Virus record (IMG/VR): IMGVR_UViG_3300031450_000090 | Length of the DNA: 64,000 bases | Source: a virus | Reading direction: 5' to 3' (one strand) | Shown here: piece by piece, positions 43,375 through 53,335 of the stretch | Layout of the letters: every line of letters starts with the position of its first letter | How positions within the stretch are numbered: the stretch's first letter is position 1 | Made by a program: the position numbers and the translations under genes | The notes under the pieces: generated by a model | Told to the model about the DNA's origin: nothing | The model's input: only the letters and a program-made list of their open reading frames with translations | The model's database searches: none

Positions 43375-45663
43375 ATGTCCAGGATCGTTCAAGTCGCCTC
43401 GAAGCAGCAGGTCACGGCCGCGGACATCGACGCTATCGGCACGCTGCAGCGCGAGGCCGAGGACTTTCTCGTCCAGGATGTCGTCGGCACGGAGGGGTGC
43501 TTCGCCGGTTTTCCGATCGTCAGCCCATCGGCGACGACGCTCACGGTCGGCGCGGGCCGCCTGTTCACCGGCGGCCAAGTCTACGCCAATGCGGATCCGG
43601 GCGGTGTCGCGATCGACCTCCTCGGCTTCCTGCCCAACACGCTGAACAACACCCGCATCGTTTCGGTGGTGGGCTACGGCAACGGCGCCCAGGACGACGG
43701 CATCGAGCCGCGCACCTTCGTGACCGACGTGACCACGCGAGCCACCGAGGCGCGGCAGACCGCGACGCGCTCGACGCGACGCGCCGTCATCGAGCTGGCC
43801 ACCGGATCGACCGAGGCGCCGACGCCGGGCCTGCCGCCGATCGCGGCGAACTACGTCGAGATCGCCAGGATCACGCTCGGCACCAGCGGCGTCCTGTCGA
43901 TCGCCATGATCGAGGCCAACCGCCAGGAGACGATCGACCGGCTCGACGCCCGCGCCACCGCCATCGAGGCGACGGAGGCCGCCACCGGCAAGCAGGTCGC
44001 GACGTTGCGTTCGGACCTGTCCAATCTCGCTGCCGCCATCGTGGGCCTGCCGAGCCCCAACATCTTCCAGCAGATCGTGCACACCATCGCCCAGGTGATC
44101 CAGCGCGTGAAGGTGCCGGCGGCGGCGCTGAACTTTCATCAGCACAACTTCCTGACGCAGTCGGCCACCAACGCCGACCCGGCCAGCGCCTCCTTCCTGT
44201 GCCGCATCCAGGAGGGTGTGCGTTTCGCCTGGGCGGCCCAGCAGATCAGCTACCTCGCCCTGTTCAATCCGCTGGAGCCGCGCGTGAAGGCCGGGTCCGG
44301 CACCGGCCTGATGCTGCCCGACTGGACCGAGGCCGCGCGCATCGACACGATCGGCAAGGACGGCGAACTCTCGATCTCGCAGTATCAGTCACAAAACATC
44401 ACGGCCAGGCAGAAGAGCCTGAGCCGGCAGGTCGTGAATTGGGGAACGAGCTTCACCAAATGCCAGAACTCGCAATGGTGGCAGGACGGATCCTACGACA
44501 TCAACACGGGCGTCTTCACGCGGAACGGCGAGATGTTCAATGTCGTGCTCGCCGACGCCAACATCGCCTATGGCACGGGCCATACCATCTACCGCCTCCA
44601 GCAGTTCTGGACCACGACCGTCGACGACACCTATTGGGCCTACGTGGTCACCAATGTCTCGGCCAACGGAGCCCTGCTGTCGCAGACCTTCCTCAACAGC
44701 CAGGCCGGATGGCTGACCTCGATCGACGTCGCCTTCACCCGGGTGGCGGCCTCGGGCGACGTCACGCTCCTGCTCTGCGAGACGTCCAACGGCCAGCCCG
44801 ATTACAAGAGCGTTATCGCCTCGGTCACCGTCCCGGCCGCGAAGCTGCAAGCCTATCCGGCCACCACCAACTTCCCGCTGAAGCCCACCTATCTCGATCC
44901 CGGCGCCCGCTACGCCGTCGTGCTGGTCAGCAACGGCAACCATTTCGTTGCGACCCGCGCCAACAACAAATACGCGCAGGGCTCGCTGTTCTACTCGACC
45001 GACGGCGCCTGGAGCCAGGGCGACCTGACCACCGACCTGGCGTTCCGGGCCAATTTCGCCAAGTTCGGCGCCACCGTGGCGCAGCTCCTGATGACGCCGC
45101 TGCAGCTGCAGAACGGCATCACCGACGTCCAGCTGCTCTATGCCTCCAAGATCCCCGACGGGTGCGAGATCATCTGGGAGGTCAACAAGGGCGACGGCAT
45201 CTGGTACCCGATGAAGTCCTACGGAACCAACCACCCGCTGCTCGGGCTGCCGCCGTTGCTGCAGCTCCGCCTGACCTTCGTGGGCACCACCGATCTGATG
45301 CCGGGCATCGACATGACCCAGACCCAGACGATCGTGTCGCGGCCGCGCGGCGATTTAACCTGGGTGCCGCCGCCGATCGCGATCGGCGCGCCCTCGTCCA
45401 ACATCCGGGTCGAGCAGGTGGTCGACAGCTTCGACCCTGCCCACCATACGACCGGCTGCAAGCTCACCATCGCGGGCGGCGACGTGGCGCCGGCCGCCAC
45501 CACGACGGTGCTCGATACCGCCTCGAGCACGGGGCGGCGCACCATCACCTACACGTTCGCGCTGGGCGCTCCGACCTCGACCTTCACCCCGAAGTTCACC
45601 GGCACGACCGACAATGTGACCAACATCTTCCACATCGAATCCGAATTCGACTACGAGGCCTGA
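43375..45663 (+). CDS. Large baseplate/tail-fibre-associated protein
   Basis: 762-aa beta-rich ORF after gpI with a central coiled coil; position. Confidence 0.7.
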   Translation: MSRIVQVASKQQVTAADIDAIGTLQREAEDFLVQDVVGTEGCFAGFPIVSPSATTLTVGAGRLFTGGQVYANADPGGVAIDLLGFLPNTLNNTRIVSVVGYGNGAQDDGIEPRTFVTDVTTRATEARQTATRSTRRAVIELATGSTEAPTPGLPPIAANYVEIARITLGTSGVLSIAMIEANRQETIDRLDARATAIEATEAATGKQVATLRSDLSNLAAAIVGLPSPNIFQQIVHTIAQVIQRVKVPAAALNFHQHNFLTQSATNADPASASFLCRIQEGVRFAWAAQQISYLALFNPLEPRVKAGSGTGLMLPDWTEAARIDTIGKDGELSISQYQSQNITARQKSLSRQVVNWGTSFTKCQNSQWWQDGSYDINTGVFTRNGEMFNVVLADANIAYGTGHTIYRLQQFWTTTVDDTYWAYVVTNVSANGALLSQTFLNSQAGWLTSIDVAFTRVAASGDVTLLLCETSNGQPDYKSVIASVTVPAAKLQAYPATTNFPLKPTYLDPGARYAVVLVSNGNHFVATRANNKYAQGSLFYSTDGAWSQGDLTTDLAFRANFAKFGATVAQLLMTPLQLQNGITDVQLLYASKIPDGCEIIWEVNKGDGIWYPMKSYGTNHPLLGLPPLLQLRLTFVGTTDLMPGIDMTQTQTIVSRPRGDLTWVPPPIAIGAPSSNIRVEQVVDSFDPAHHTTGCKLTIAGGDVAPAATTTVLDTASSTGRRTITYTFALGAPTSTFTPKFTGTTDNVTNIFHIESEFDYEA

Positions 45664-45667
45664 CGGC

Positions 45668-45886
45668 ATGGCTGACGCATCCTCGCCCTCTCCGCAATTC
45701 GCGGCGCAACCGACCCCCGCGGCGCCGGTCTACGACCCCGTCGGGACCTACGACGTCACGCTGAGCCGCGCGGTCGAATATCCGCAGGGGAGCGGCTTCT
45801 TCTTCAGCCCGCGCGACCACCATCTCTTCTCCGGCAGCATGTGCAGCGACGTCGCCGGCGCGATCGTCGATGCCAAGCCCGTCTGA
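45668..45886 (+). CDS. Small tail-associated protein
   Basis: YDVTLSRAVEY...FSPR; coupled to the next gene. Confidence 0.65.
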   Translation: MADASSPSPQFAAQPTPAAPVYDPVGTYDVTLSRAVEYPQGSGFFFSPRDHHLFSGSMCSDVAGAIVDAKPV

Positions 45887-46301
45887 CCCGTCCCTGGGTC
45901 CTTCGAAGAGCAACGGCTACCGGGTCACCAGCGCCAACGAACTCTCGGACGTCCTGTGGAACGCCGTGCTGGGCGACGTCAGCCTGCGGCTCGCCGGCGT
46001 CGAGACCAAGGCGCAGGGCTACGACGCCCTGGTGGCGGCCGGCATCGGCGTCGCGCTGGCCCGCATCGACGAGGGCTTGGCTCCGGCGGCCCAGCAGGTC
46101 CAGGACATCATCACCCGGACGCAGGCCTATCTGACGCAGCTGCAGGGTTCGGCGATCTCGGCCTCGCTGATCGCGCCCACGCCCGACCGCCTGTTCCTGT
46201 CGGCGGCTCAGGCGGCCGCGATCGCCGACCTCCTCACCCGCGTCGGCGCGCTCGAGACCAGGACCACGAGCAGCCGCTCGTTCTATCTCGCGACGGGTTG
46301 A
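45870..46301 (+). CDS. Helical tail-associated protein ending SRSFYLATG
   Basis: Coiled-coil composition; position. Confidence 0.65.
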   Translation: MPSPSDPSLGPSKSNGYRVTSANELSDVLWNAVLGDVSLRLAGVETKAQGYDALVAAGIGVALARIDEGLAPAAQQVQDIITRTQAYLTQLQGSAISASLIAPTPDRLFLSAAQAAAIADLLTRVGALETRTTSSRSFYLATG

Positions 46302-46384
46302 GGGCGCGTACGGTCATACCCGCCGCCGCCCGACCGAACGACCAGATCGCTGAACTGCGGCCATGACCGTGGGAACCCCAAACC

Positions 46385-46699
46385 ATGCTGGCATCGATCA
46401 ACATCGGCAACGTCAACTCCGACACGCAGATCTACGCGGTGCCGGCGCAGAAGCGCACCGCCCTGTCGGTCAGTGTCGTCAATCGCGCCGCTTCCGCGGT
46501 CAGGATCCGCTTGGCCCTGGTGGCGTCGGGCGCCACAGGGCCGGCGGCGGACGGGTCGAGCTACATCGAATACGACACATTGGTGCCGGCCAACACGGTG
46601 CTCGAGCGCACCGGCCTCGTCATGTTGACCGGGCAGATGCTGTTCGCCCGGACCGACACGCTGGGCGTCAACGTCGTCGCCTACGGCATCGAGGAATAG
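46385..46699 (+). CDS. Tail-associated beta-sandwich protein
   Basis: IYAVPA.....SVSVVNR.....IRLAL......YIEYD.LVPAN.VLERTGLV. Confidence 0.7.
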   Translation: MLASINIGNVNSDTQIYAVPAQKRTALSVSVVNRAASAVRIRLALVASGATGPAADGSSYIEYDTLVPANTVLERTGLVMLTGQMLFARTDTLGVNVVAYGIEE

Positions 46700-46703
46700 T
46701 CCG

Positions 46704-47276
46704 ATGGGGCGTCGACAGAACCCCGGGCTCGGCGTCGTGCCCCGCGCGGTCGGCGAGATCGTGGACTTCGGCGGCAGCACAGTGCCGGCCGGGTTCATCC
46801 TGGCGTACGGCCAGAACGTATCGCGCACGACCTATGCGGCCCTCTTCGCTGCTTACGGCACCGCCCATGGCTCGGGCGACGGCTCCAGCACGTTCGGGGT
46901 GCCGGACCTGCGCGGCCGCACGATCGTGGGCAAGGACAACATGGGCGGCACGGCGGCGAGCCGCCTGACCGGCGGGACGGCGGGCTTCGACGGCACGGTG
47001 CTGGGCGGCGTCGGCGGCAACCAGGCACCGCAAAGCCATGGGCACGGCGTCATCGACCCGGGGCACGCGCACTCGGTCCAGACGAACGACAGCACCAACG
47101 CGACCCAGGGATCCCCCTACACGCCCCAGGGCCTCTATGCCTCCTATCAGAGGACATTGCCGACCACGCAGGTCCCGACGGGCGTGTCGGTGCAGAGCAC
47201 TGGCGCCGGCGCCTCCGGCAACGTGCAGCCGAGCCTCGTGCTCAACAAGCTCATCTACACGGGGGTGTGGCAGTGA
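46704..47276 (+). CDS. Phage tail-collar domain fibre protein
   Basis: VGEIVDFGG..VPAGF....GQ.VSRTTYAALFA..GT..G.GDGSSTF.VPDLRGR; H-x-H motifs; NVQPSLVLNKLI. Confidence 0.88.
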   Translation: MGRRQNPGLGVVPRAVGEIVDFGGSTVPAGFILAYGQNVSRTTYAALFAAYGTAHGSGDGSSTFGVPDLRGRTIVGKDNMGGTAASRLTGGTAGFDGTVLGGVGGNQAPQSHGHGVIDPGHAHSVQTNDSTNATQGSPYTPQGLYASYQRTLPTTQVPTGVSVQSTGAGASGNVQPSLVLNKLIYTGVWQ

Positions 47277-47764
47277 CGCTACAAGTGCAAAGGACCGTGG
47301 CCGCGGCACTAGGCTTCGACTTCGCGGCCGCGGTCGTGGCCTACCGGCTGGCGCTCCTCGATCATCGCGACACGGAGGGCGTCCCGGCGCCGGTGGCGCC
47401 CTCGCCGCTTGTCGAGGCCGCCGTCCGGCGGGTGCCAACCGCCGGCGCGCCGGACGACTTCGTGGCGGACTTCGCCCTGGTCGACGATCCCGACGCGGCG
47501 CCGACCGCCCCGGCCGTGCCGGCGTCGGTCACCAACTACCAGGCGCGTGCCGTGCTGGTGCAGCGCGGCCTCTTCGCCGAGGTCGACGCCGCCATCCACG
47601 CGGCCGACCTGACGGTGGCGGCCAACATGGTCGCGCTGCAGGCCTGGGATTACGCTAACGACTTCTATCGCAACTCCGCGATCGTCGCCGCCATGGCTGG
47701 CGTGCTCGGCCTCGCCCCCGCTGACGTCGACGCCTTCTTCATCGCAGCCGCCGCCGTGCAGTAG
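47273..47764 (+). CDS. Tail fibre assembly-like protein
   Basis: VPASVTNYQARAVL...GL..V......AW.YA..F.R.S.......LGL....VDAFF.AA. Confidence 0.7.
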   Translation: MTLQVQRTVAAALGFDFAAAVVAYRLALLDHRDTEGVPAPVAPSPLVEAAVRRVPTAGAPDDFVADFALVDDPDAAPTAPAVPASVTNYQARAVLVQRGLFAEVDAAIHAADLTVAANMVALQAWDYANDFYRNSAIVAAMAGVLGLAPADVDAFFIAAAAVQ

Positions 47765-47766
47765 CC

Positions 47767-48135
47767 ATGGCGGCCCCGCTCGCTCTCGGATTCGCCAACA
47801 ACGCGCCTTGGGCCAAGGCTTTCCGCATGACGCGCGACGGCACCGCGGTCGACCTCACGGGCGCCGTCATGCGCATGCAGTTGCGGCAGGCCGCGACGCC
47901 CTATGACCCGGTGATGCTGCTGTCGACCGACAACGGCCGGCTAGTGGTCGACGACGGACCGAACGGACTCTGGTCGGTAAAGGTCGAGGTCGCGGTCGCC
48001 GTGCAGGTTCCGGCCGGCGCCTACGACCACGACATGCTGGTCCGGCTGCGCACCGGCGAGGAGATCCGGGCCTACGTCGGCACCGTGACGGTGGACCGCG
48101 GCATCACCACGGACCCGGTGCCGTGGCAGCCGTAG
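47767..48135 (+). CDS. BppU-like Ig-fold tail protein
   Basis: DGTAVDLTGA..RMQLR......LST.NG.L......G.YDHD......G.VTV. Confidence 0.65.
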   Translation: MAAPLALGFANNAPWAKAFRMTRDGTAVDLTGAVMRMQLRQAATPYDPVMLLSTDNGRLVVDDGPNGLWSVKVEVAVAVQVPAGAYDHDMLVRLRTGEEIRAYVGTVTVDRGITTDPVPWQP

Positions 48136-48656
48136 GGGAGCCCGTCGAGGCGCCGATCGCCGGCGTGACGGCTTTCACCGTGCCGATCGACCGAAGCGCC
48201 GGCGTGACCGAAACACCGATCGCCGGCCTCGCGCCGTTGGCGGTCGATCTCCATCGGATCGTTCCCGGCGCACCGCCCCCGGCACCCGACTCCGGTCCGG
48301 GATCGTCCGTCGCGTTCGGCGCCGTGGTCCTGCCGGTCGCGGTCGCGTCCCGGGCGATCGCTCTCGATCTGTCGCGGGCGACGACGTTCCGGGTGCTACT
48401 CACCGACGACGTCGCGGCGATCGGGATCACGGGCTTCGCGACTCCGGGGGAAGCCGTCCGGGTCACGATCTACTTCGTCCAGGACGCGACAGGAGGCCGC
48501 TCGATCGCGGGCTGGCCCGCCGAGGTCGCCTGGACGGGAGGCGCCCCGCTGCTCACGCCGACCCCCGGCGCCGTGGACTGCGTCGTGCTCGACACCCTCG
48601 ACGGTGGCGCCACCATCTACGGCAACCTCGTCGGGCTCGCCTACTCGAAAGAATGA
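48123..48656 (+). CDS. Tail-associated protein
   Basis: C-terminal TIYFVQDATGGRSI.GWPA.V.W.GG.P.LT.TPGAVD motif; start uncertain. Confidence 0.6.
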   Translation: MAAVGEPVEAPIAGVTAFTVPIDRSAGVTETPIAGLAPLAVDLHRIVPGAPPPAPDSGPGSSVAFGAVVLPVAVASRAIALDLSRATTFRVLLTDDVAAIGITGFATPGEAVRVTIYFVQDATGGRSIAGWPAEVAWTGGAPLLTPTPGAVDCVVLDTLDGGATIYGNLVGLAYSKE

Positions 48657-48659
48657 CGC

Positions 48660-49232
48660 ATGGCCCTGCAGCTCTCGACACCGGTGCGCAACGCGCGGCT
48701 CAACGCCATCTTCGCCACGATCGGCGCGTCCGCCAAGCTGATGCTGTACACGGGAGCACCGCCCGCCAACTGTGCCGCGGCCGCCACCGGCACGCTGCTC
48801 GGCACCCTGACGCTTCCCGCCACCGAGGAGAACGCGGCAGCCAACGGCCAGTCGACCATCGCCAGCACCTGGTCGGGCACCATCTCCTACGCGGGCGGCG
48901 GGACCATCGGCTATCTCCGCATCATGGATTCGGCCCAGGCCACGGCGCACCTGCAATGCAGCGTGTCCTACAACGCCCCGGCCTGGCAGGCGTCGACCGC
49001 CGTGGTGGCGGGACAGAAGGTCTCGAACGGGGGCGCCGTCTACAATTGCACGGCCGGAGGCAACACGGCGTCGACGGGTGGCCCGACCGGCAACGCTTCG
49101 TCCATCACCGACGGCACGGCGACCTGGGCCTATGTCGGCGCGGTCGGCGACATGCTGATCGACAATCCGGTGGTGGCCTCCAACCAGACCATCAACATCA
49201 ACACCTTTACGCTCCTCGAGGCCAATGGCTAG
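48660..49232 (+). CDS. Tail protein with an inserted CBM5/12-like module
   Basis: LQLST.VRNARL.......L..YTG..PA; insert PAWQASTAVVAGQKVSNGG.VYNC..GG.T...GPTG....TDGT.TW.Y. Confidence 0.7.
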   Translation: MALQLSTPVRNARLNAIFATIGASAKLMLYTGAPPANCAAAATGTLLGTLTLPATEENAAANGQSTIASTWSGTISYAGGGTIGYLRIMDSAQATAHLQCSVSYNAPAWQASTAVVAGQKVSNGGAVYNCTAGGNTASTGGPTGNASSITDGTATWAYVGAVGDMLIDNPVVASNQTININTFTLLEANG

Positions 49233-49563
49233 GCTCGTCAACCGGGCCGGCATGACGGTCGCCGGCGCGCCTGGCGCCGGCACCATCACGCTAGGCGGCG
49301 CCCTGTCGGCCTACCAGAGTTTCGCCACCGCCGGCGTGCGGGACGGCGATGTCGTGTCCTACGAGATCGAGGATGGATCGTCCTGGGAGCTGGGCCGCGG
49401 CACCTATGCGGCCGCCGGGCTGACGCTGACCCGAGCGCCCACCGACTCCTCCAACGGCGGGGCCGCCATCACGGCCAGCGCGGCCGCCGTCGTCTACGTG
49501 ACGGCGCTGGCAGACGACATCCAGCATCTCTACTCGCGGACGTTCTTCCTCGCCACCGCCTAG
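49225..49563 (+). CDS. Tail-associated protein ending SRTFFLATA
   Basis: LVNR...T....G.G.ITLG.A...YQSF..AG...GD.V.Y.IED...WE.G.GTY. Confidence 0.75.
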   Translation: MARLVNRAGMTVAGAPGAGTITLGGALSAYQSFATAGVRDGDVVSYEIEDGSSWELGRGTYAAAGLTLTRAPTDSSNGGAAITASAAAVVYVTALADDIQHLYSRTFFLATA

Positions 49564-49674
49564 GGCATGTCATGCTGTTGCTGACATGCTCTCACTCGAT
49601 AGCGCGAGCCTGTTCACAGACTTGCGGTGAAGCTCCGCTTCAACGCCAGCCTGACAGGCTCTGAGGCATAGCGA

Positions 49675-51381
49675 ATGCTCGGCCGGCCGCTCGGCAAGTT
49701 CGCGCTGGGGCGGCTGGGTTCGCCGATCAGTGGCGGCTTCTTCGCCGTCACTCTGGCCGGCGGTTCGCTCGCCGCGTCGGCACAGGGCCTGGGTGGTTCG
49801 GCGCTTGCCGGCACGCTCCGTCCAGCCGCGGCCGTCGAGACCGCGACCGGTCCCGCGTCGGCAACGGCGCTACCGACTCTGCTGCCAGCCCAGGGTTCGG
49901 GTGCGGGCCGTCTGTTCGGATCGGCCGATTCGACGCCCGCCATCGGGCCGGCCGCCGCGTCCGCAGCGACGCAGAGCACCGCAACGGGGGCGGCTTCGCC
50001 CGCGACGGCTCCGTTGGTCACGACCGGCGCCGCCACCGGAATCGGCGGCGGCGCCTTGGCCGGCGTGCTGGCCGGGAGTGCCCTCGACTCGGCCACGCAG
50101 AGTCAGAGCGCCGCAGCGCTGGCCGCGGCCCCGCAACCCACGAATGCCAGCGCCTCAGCCGCTCTCCCGGCGTCGGGGTCGGCCTCGCCGATCCTGGCCC
50201 CTGCCCAACCGGTCGGCGCTGCCGGTGCGTCGGTCTCGGCCGGCGCCAACATCACGATCGTGCCGGCGGTTTCCGGCGCGGTCGCGCAAGGCACTCCGGC
50301 CGCGACCCTTGTGGTCGCATCGGCAGCCGCGACCGCGGGCGCCTCCGGTGCCGCCGCCGGGTCTGCGGCGCTGGCCAGCGGTTCGACCTCAGCCGCGCTG
50401 CTGGGTCGGGGACCGATCGGCGGTGGGCCGATCGGAGGCGCGAGGCCGGCCTCCGGCTACACCCTGGGTGGCGGCTGGCTCAGCGGGTCGGCCGCGGCGT
50501 CGTCGGCGTCCCAGGCCTCCCTGGCGCTCCTTGCGCCGGTCGCCACGATGCTGGCTTCTGGACCCACCGGCGCGCAAGCGTCCGCCGCGGTCTCGTCCGG
50601 TCCCGCCGCCGTCTCGGCAAGCGGCGCCCTGACTGGTATCGGCGGCCTCGTGGTCGCTTCCGCCCGCAATGCGCTGCTGGGCCGCGGTCCCATCGGCGGA
50701 GCGGCGCTCGGCGGCGCTCAGGCGCCACTCGGCTACAGTCTCGGGCTCGCTCGGCTCGGCGCCACGGCCGCTCTGACGCCAACCGCCGGTGCAGCGCTCG
50801 CACCGGCTGGTCCTCTCGTCTCGGCTTCGACAGCGGCACCGCTCACAGGATCGGCTTCGGGGTTTCTCGGCCTCTCGGCATGTGCCGGGATCTCGGCGCT
50901 GGTCGGCGCACTCGGCGGCGCGGCGCCGTTCGCTTCATCCGGGTTGGTCGGAGCCGGCAGTGGAGCCGCCTCGGCTTCGGCCGTGGCCGCTCTCCTGGCA
51001 CCCGGCACCTCGGGCGCCGGTGGCGCGCCGGTCTCGCTGTCGGGTCCGGGTGCCTTGGCGTCGAGCATTCTCGGCGGCAGCGGTTCGCTCGCCATCGCGG
51101 CGGACGGGCATGCGCTGCTGTGGGCATGGCTGACGGCCGCTGCAGCGGGGACGCCTGGCGGCCACTGCGCTGCGGTCTTAAGCGCCGCGATGACGATGGG
51201 CGCCGGGAATGCGTCTCCGCTCGCGCACGGTGCCGCCCTGTCGGTCTTCGTGCAACCCGCGTGGCTCCTGGCCGGCCTCTCGGCCGGCGCGGGCTGCGTC
51301 CTCGCCGTAACCGTCGGACCGACGCGTGCGAGCGGGACCTTCGCGGGTCGCCGCCTGCATCCGGCGGCCCTTCTCATGTGA
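49675..51381 (+). CDS. Ala/Gly/Ser-rich low-complexity tail or surface protein
   Basis: 568-aa ORF; the N-terminal LG..PLG motif recurs twice internally as LLGRGPIGG. Confidence 0.6.
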   Translation: MLGRPLGKFALGRLGSPISGGFFAVTLAGGSLAASAQGLGGSALAGTLRPAAAVETATGPASATALPTLLPAQGSGAGRLFGSADSTPAIGPAAASAATQSTATGAASPATAPLVTTGAATGIGGGALAGVLAGSALDSATQSQSAAALAAAPQPTNASASAALPASGSASPILAPAQPVGAAGASVSAGANITIVPAVSGAVAQGTPAATLVVASAAATAGASGAAAGSAALASGSTSAALLGRGPIGGGPIGGARPASGYTLGGGWLSGSAAASSASQASLALLAPVATMLASGPTGAQASAAVSSGPAAVSASGALTGIGGLVVASARNALLGRGPIGGAALGGAQAPLGYSLGLARLGATAALTPTAGAALAPAGPLVSASTAAPLTGSASGFLGLSACAGISALVGALGGAAPFASSGLVGAGSGAASASAVAALLAPGTSGAGGAPVSLSGPGALASSILGGSGSLAIAADGHALLWAWLTAAAAGTPGGHCAAVLSAAMTMGAGNASPLAHGAALSVFVQPAWLLAGLSAGAGCVLAVTVGPTRASGTFAGRRLHPAALLM

Positions 51382-51468
51382 CCTCGACACCGTCGCCCCA
51401 TCACCACCGCGCTGCCGCAGGCTTTTCGCCACCCACCCCTCGGCGCCGCGCGCCGCCAGGAGCTTTCC

Positions 51469-53202
51469 ATGACGTCGCCCAACTATGGCTTCATCTTCAA
51501 CCAGCTCGACACCGACACCATTCCGCCGGTGCTCAGCGACTTCTCGGTGCTGGGCGTCGTACTGCCCAGCGACGACGCCCTGTCGAGCGTGTTTCCGCTG
51601 AACGTACCGGTCGACATCAACACCGGCGACACTGCGACGCTGGCCGCCATGGGGAACGGGCCGCTCTACAGCTGGGCCCTGCGGGTCAACAACCAGCTGG
51701 CCGACCTGCAGCGCTCCGCCCGCGCCGTGGTGGTCCGCGTGCCCATGGCCAAGAACCCCGACGGCAGCGAGAACGTCGACGGCACCATCGCCAACATCGT
51801 CGGCGACCCCGGCGCCGGCACCGGCCTCTACGCGCTGCTGAAGGCGCCGTCGCTGCTCGGCGTGACGCCGCGCGTCGTCGGCGCCCCCGGGCACGGCTAT
51901 ACCGGCAAGGTCTATTTCGGCGTGACGGCGCCGGTGATCACCGATCCCGGCGCCAATTACACGCATCCCGTGGTGAGCTTCGACCCGCCCGGAGCCACCG
52001 CTACCGCGACCGTCGGCAATGCCGGCGTGGGGGCCACCGGCCACACCACGCTCGCGGGCGGCACCGTCACGGCGCAGGTCGACAGCGGCGGCCAGGACTA
52101 CAGGGGCGCGCCGGCCGTCACCTTCACGGGCGGCGGTGGCACCGGCATGACCGGGCACGCGGTCGTCACCAACGGCGCCGTGAGCCAGGTCGTCATCGAC
52201 ACCCAGGGCACCGGCTACACCTCGGCCCCGGCGCTGGCCATCGCCCCGCCGCCGGGAGGCGAGATCACGGTCATCGCCCTGACCAGTCCGGGCAAATATC
52301 CGCCCGGCACGCCCGTCACGATGACGATCGCCGACAGCGCCGGCGGCACGGGCGCCGGCGCCACCGCCACCATCACGCTCGAGATGCTGCAGAACCCGAT
52401 CTGCGCGGCGCTGCCGGCGGTGCTGAACGCGCTGCTGGCGCACGCCCCGGTCTGCGGGCCCGGCACCACCAAGGCCGACGCCATCGCCTGGCGCGGCACG
52501 CTCTCCTCGCAGCGCCTGGTGCCGGTCGATAATTGGGAGATCGTGCCGGCCGGAGCAGGGGACGCCTACATGGACGGCGCCGCCACCGTCATGGGCACCG
52601 CGGTTCGGGTCGATTTCCAGCACGGCGGCTACCCGTTCTGGAGCTGGGCCAACCAGCCCGTGCAGGGCATCCTCGGCCTGAAGCGGGTTGACGCCTTGAG
52701 CCTGCTCGACGGCGCCACCGATGGCCAGGAGCTGCTCGCGGTGGGGGTCGGCGTCACGGCACGTGGCGACCTCTCCGACACCTCGGTGGCCGACTCGGGA
52801 TGGATCCTGATCTGCTACCAGAACGCCGCCACCGACCCGCGCTACAATCTCCTGAACAAGACCCGCGGCCGCGACTTCACCAATCTGGCGCTGATCAAGT
52901 CGATCCGGCTCCGGCTCGGCCGCGACAACATCACGCCGCACGACGTGCAGGCCGTGCTCAACGACATGACGGCCATCATGTCGGACCTGAAATCGCGCGA
53001 ATGCGTGATCGGCTTCGTGATCGGCTTCTCGGCCGACGCCAACACGCCCGACAACCTGAGGGCCGGCCGCTTCCGCGTCTACGACAATTCGGAGGAGCCC
53101 GCACCGATCCTGCAGGTCACCATCGACCGCGCGCTCGATCGCGACGCCCTGGTCACCGAGCTGGCCCAGATCGCCTCCGGCTCGAACTCCGCCACGGGCT
53201 GA
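51469..53202 (+). CDS. Contractile tail sheath protein with inserted domain
   Basis: AGGAG RBS; GTGLYALL.A...GVTPR..GAP; C-terminal FWSWANQP, NT.DNLRAG.F, EEPAP. Confidence 0.9.
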   Translation: MTSPNYGFIFNQLDTDTIPPVLSDFSVLGVVLPSDDALSSVFPLNVPVDINTGDTATLAAMGNGPLYSWALRVNNQLADLQRSARAVVVRVPMAKNPDGSENVDGTIANIVGDPGAGTGLYALLKAPSLLGVTPRVVGAPGHGYTGKVYFGVTAPVITDPGANYTHPVVSFDPPGATATATVGNAGVGATGHTTLAGGTVTAQVDSGGQDYRGAPAVTFTGGGGTGMTGHAVVTNGAVSQVVIDTQGTGYTSAPALAIAPPPGGEITVIALTSPGKYPPGTPVTMTIADSAGGTGAGATATITLEMLQNPICAALPAVLNALLAHAPVCGPGTTKADAIAWRGTLSSQRLVPVDNWEIVPAGAGDAYMDGAATVMGTAVRVDFQHGGYPFWSWANQPVQGILGLKRVDALSLLDGATDGQELLAVGVGVTARGDLSDTSVADSGWILICYQNAATDPRYNLLNKTRGRDFTNLALIKSIRLRLGRDNITPHDVQAVLNDMTAIMSDLKSRECVIGFVIGFSADANTPDNLRAGRFRVYDNSEEPAPILQVTIDRALDRDALVTELAQIASGSNSATG

Positions 53203-53206
53203 CCTT

Positions 53207-53262
53207 GCCCCTTCCCCTGGCAGAGGGGGAGGGGCACCAAGCGCAGCGTAGTGGAGGGGGCG
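53207..53262. repeat. RIME/REP-like intergenic palindromic element
   Basis: GCCCCTTCCCCT-ggcag-AGGGGGAGGGGC hairpin, then GCGCAGCG..GTGGAGGGGGC, resembling rhizobial intergenic mosaic repeats. Confidence 0.5.
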
Positions 53263-53335
53263 AACACGCCACTCCAGCCTTTCCCGTCCCTCACGTCCCG
53301 CACGCGGCCTGGCCACGGCGGAAGGATGATCCGCC

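Noticed and set aside
47767-48656. Possible single gene split by a frameshift at about 48120
   Set aside because: Both parts can be read as separate overlapping ORFs; undecidable without homologue alignment.
49564-49674. AT-richer intergenic stretch with a GAGCCTGT/ACAGGCTC inverted repeat
   Set aside because: Single copy, no target duplication or recognisable RNA family; too weak to call a MITE or ncRNA.
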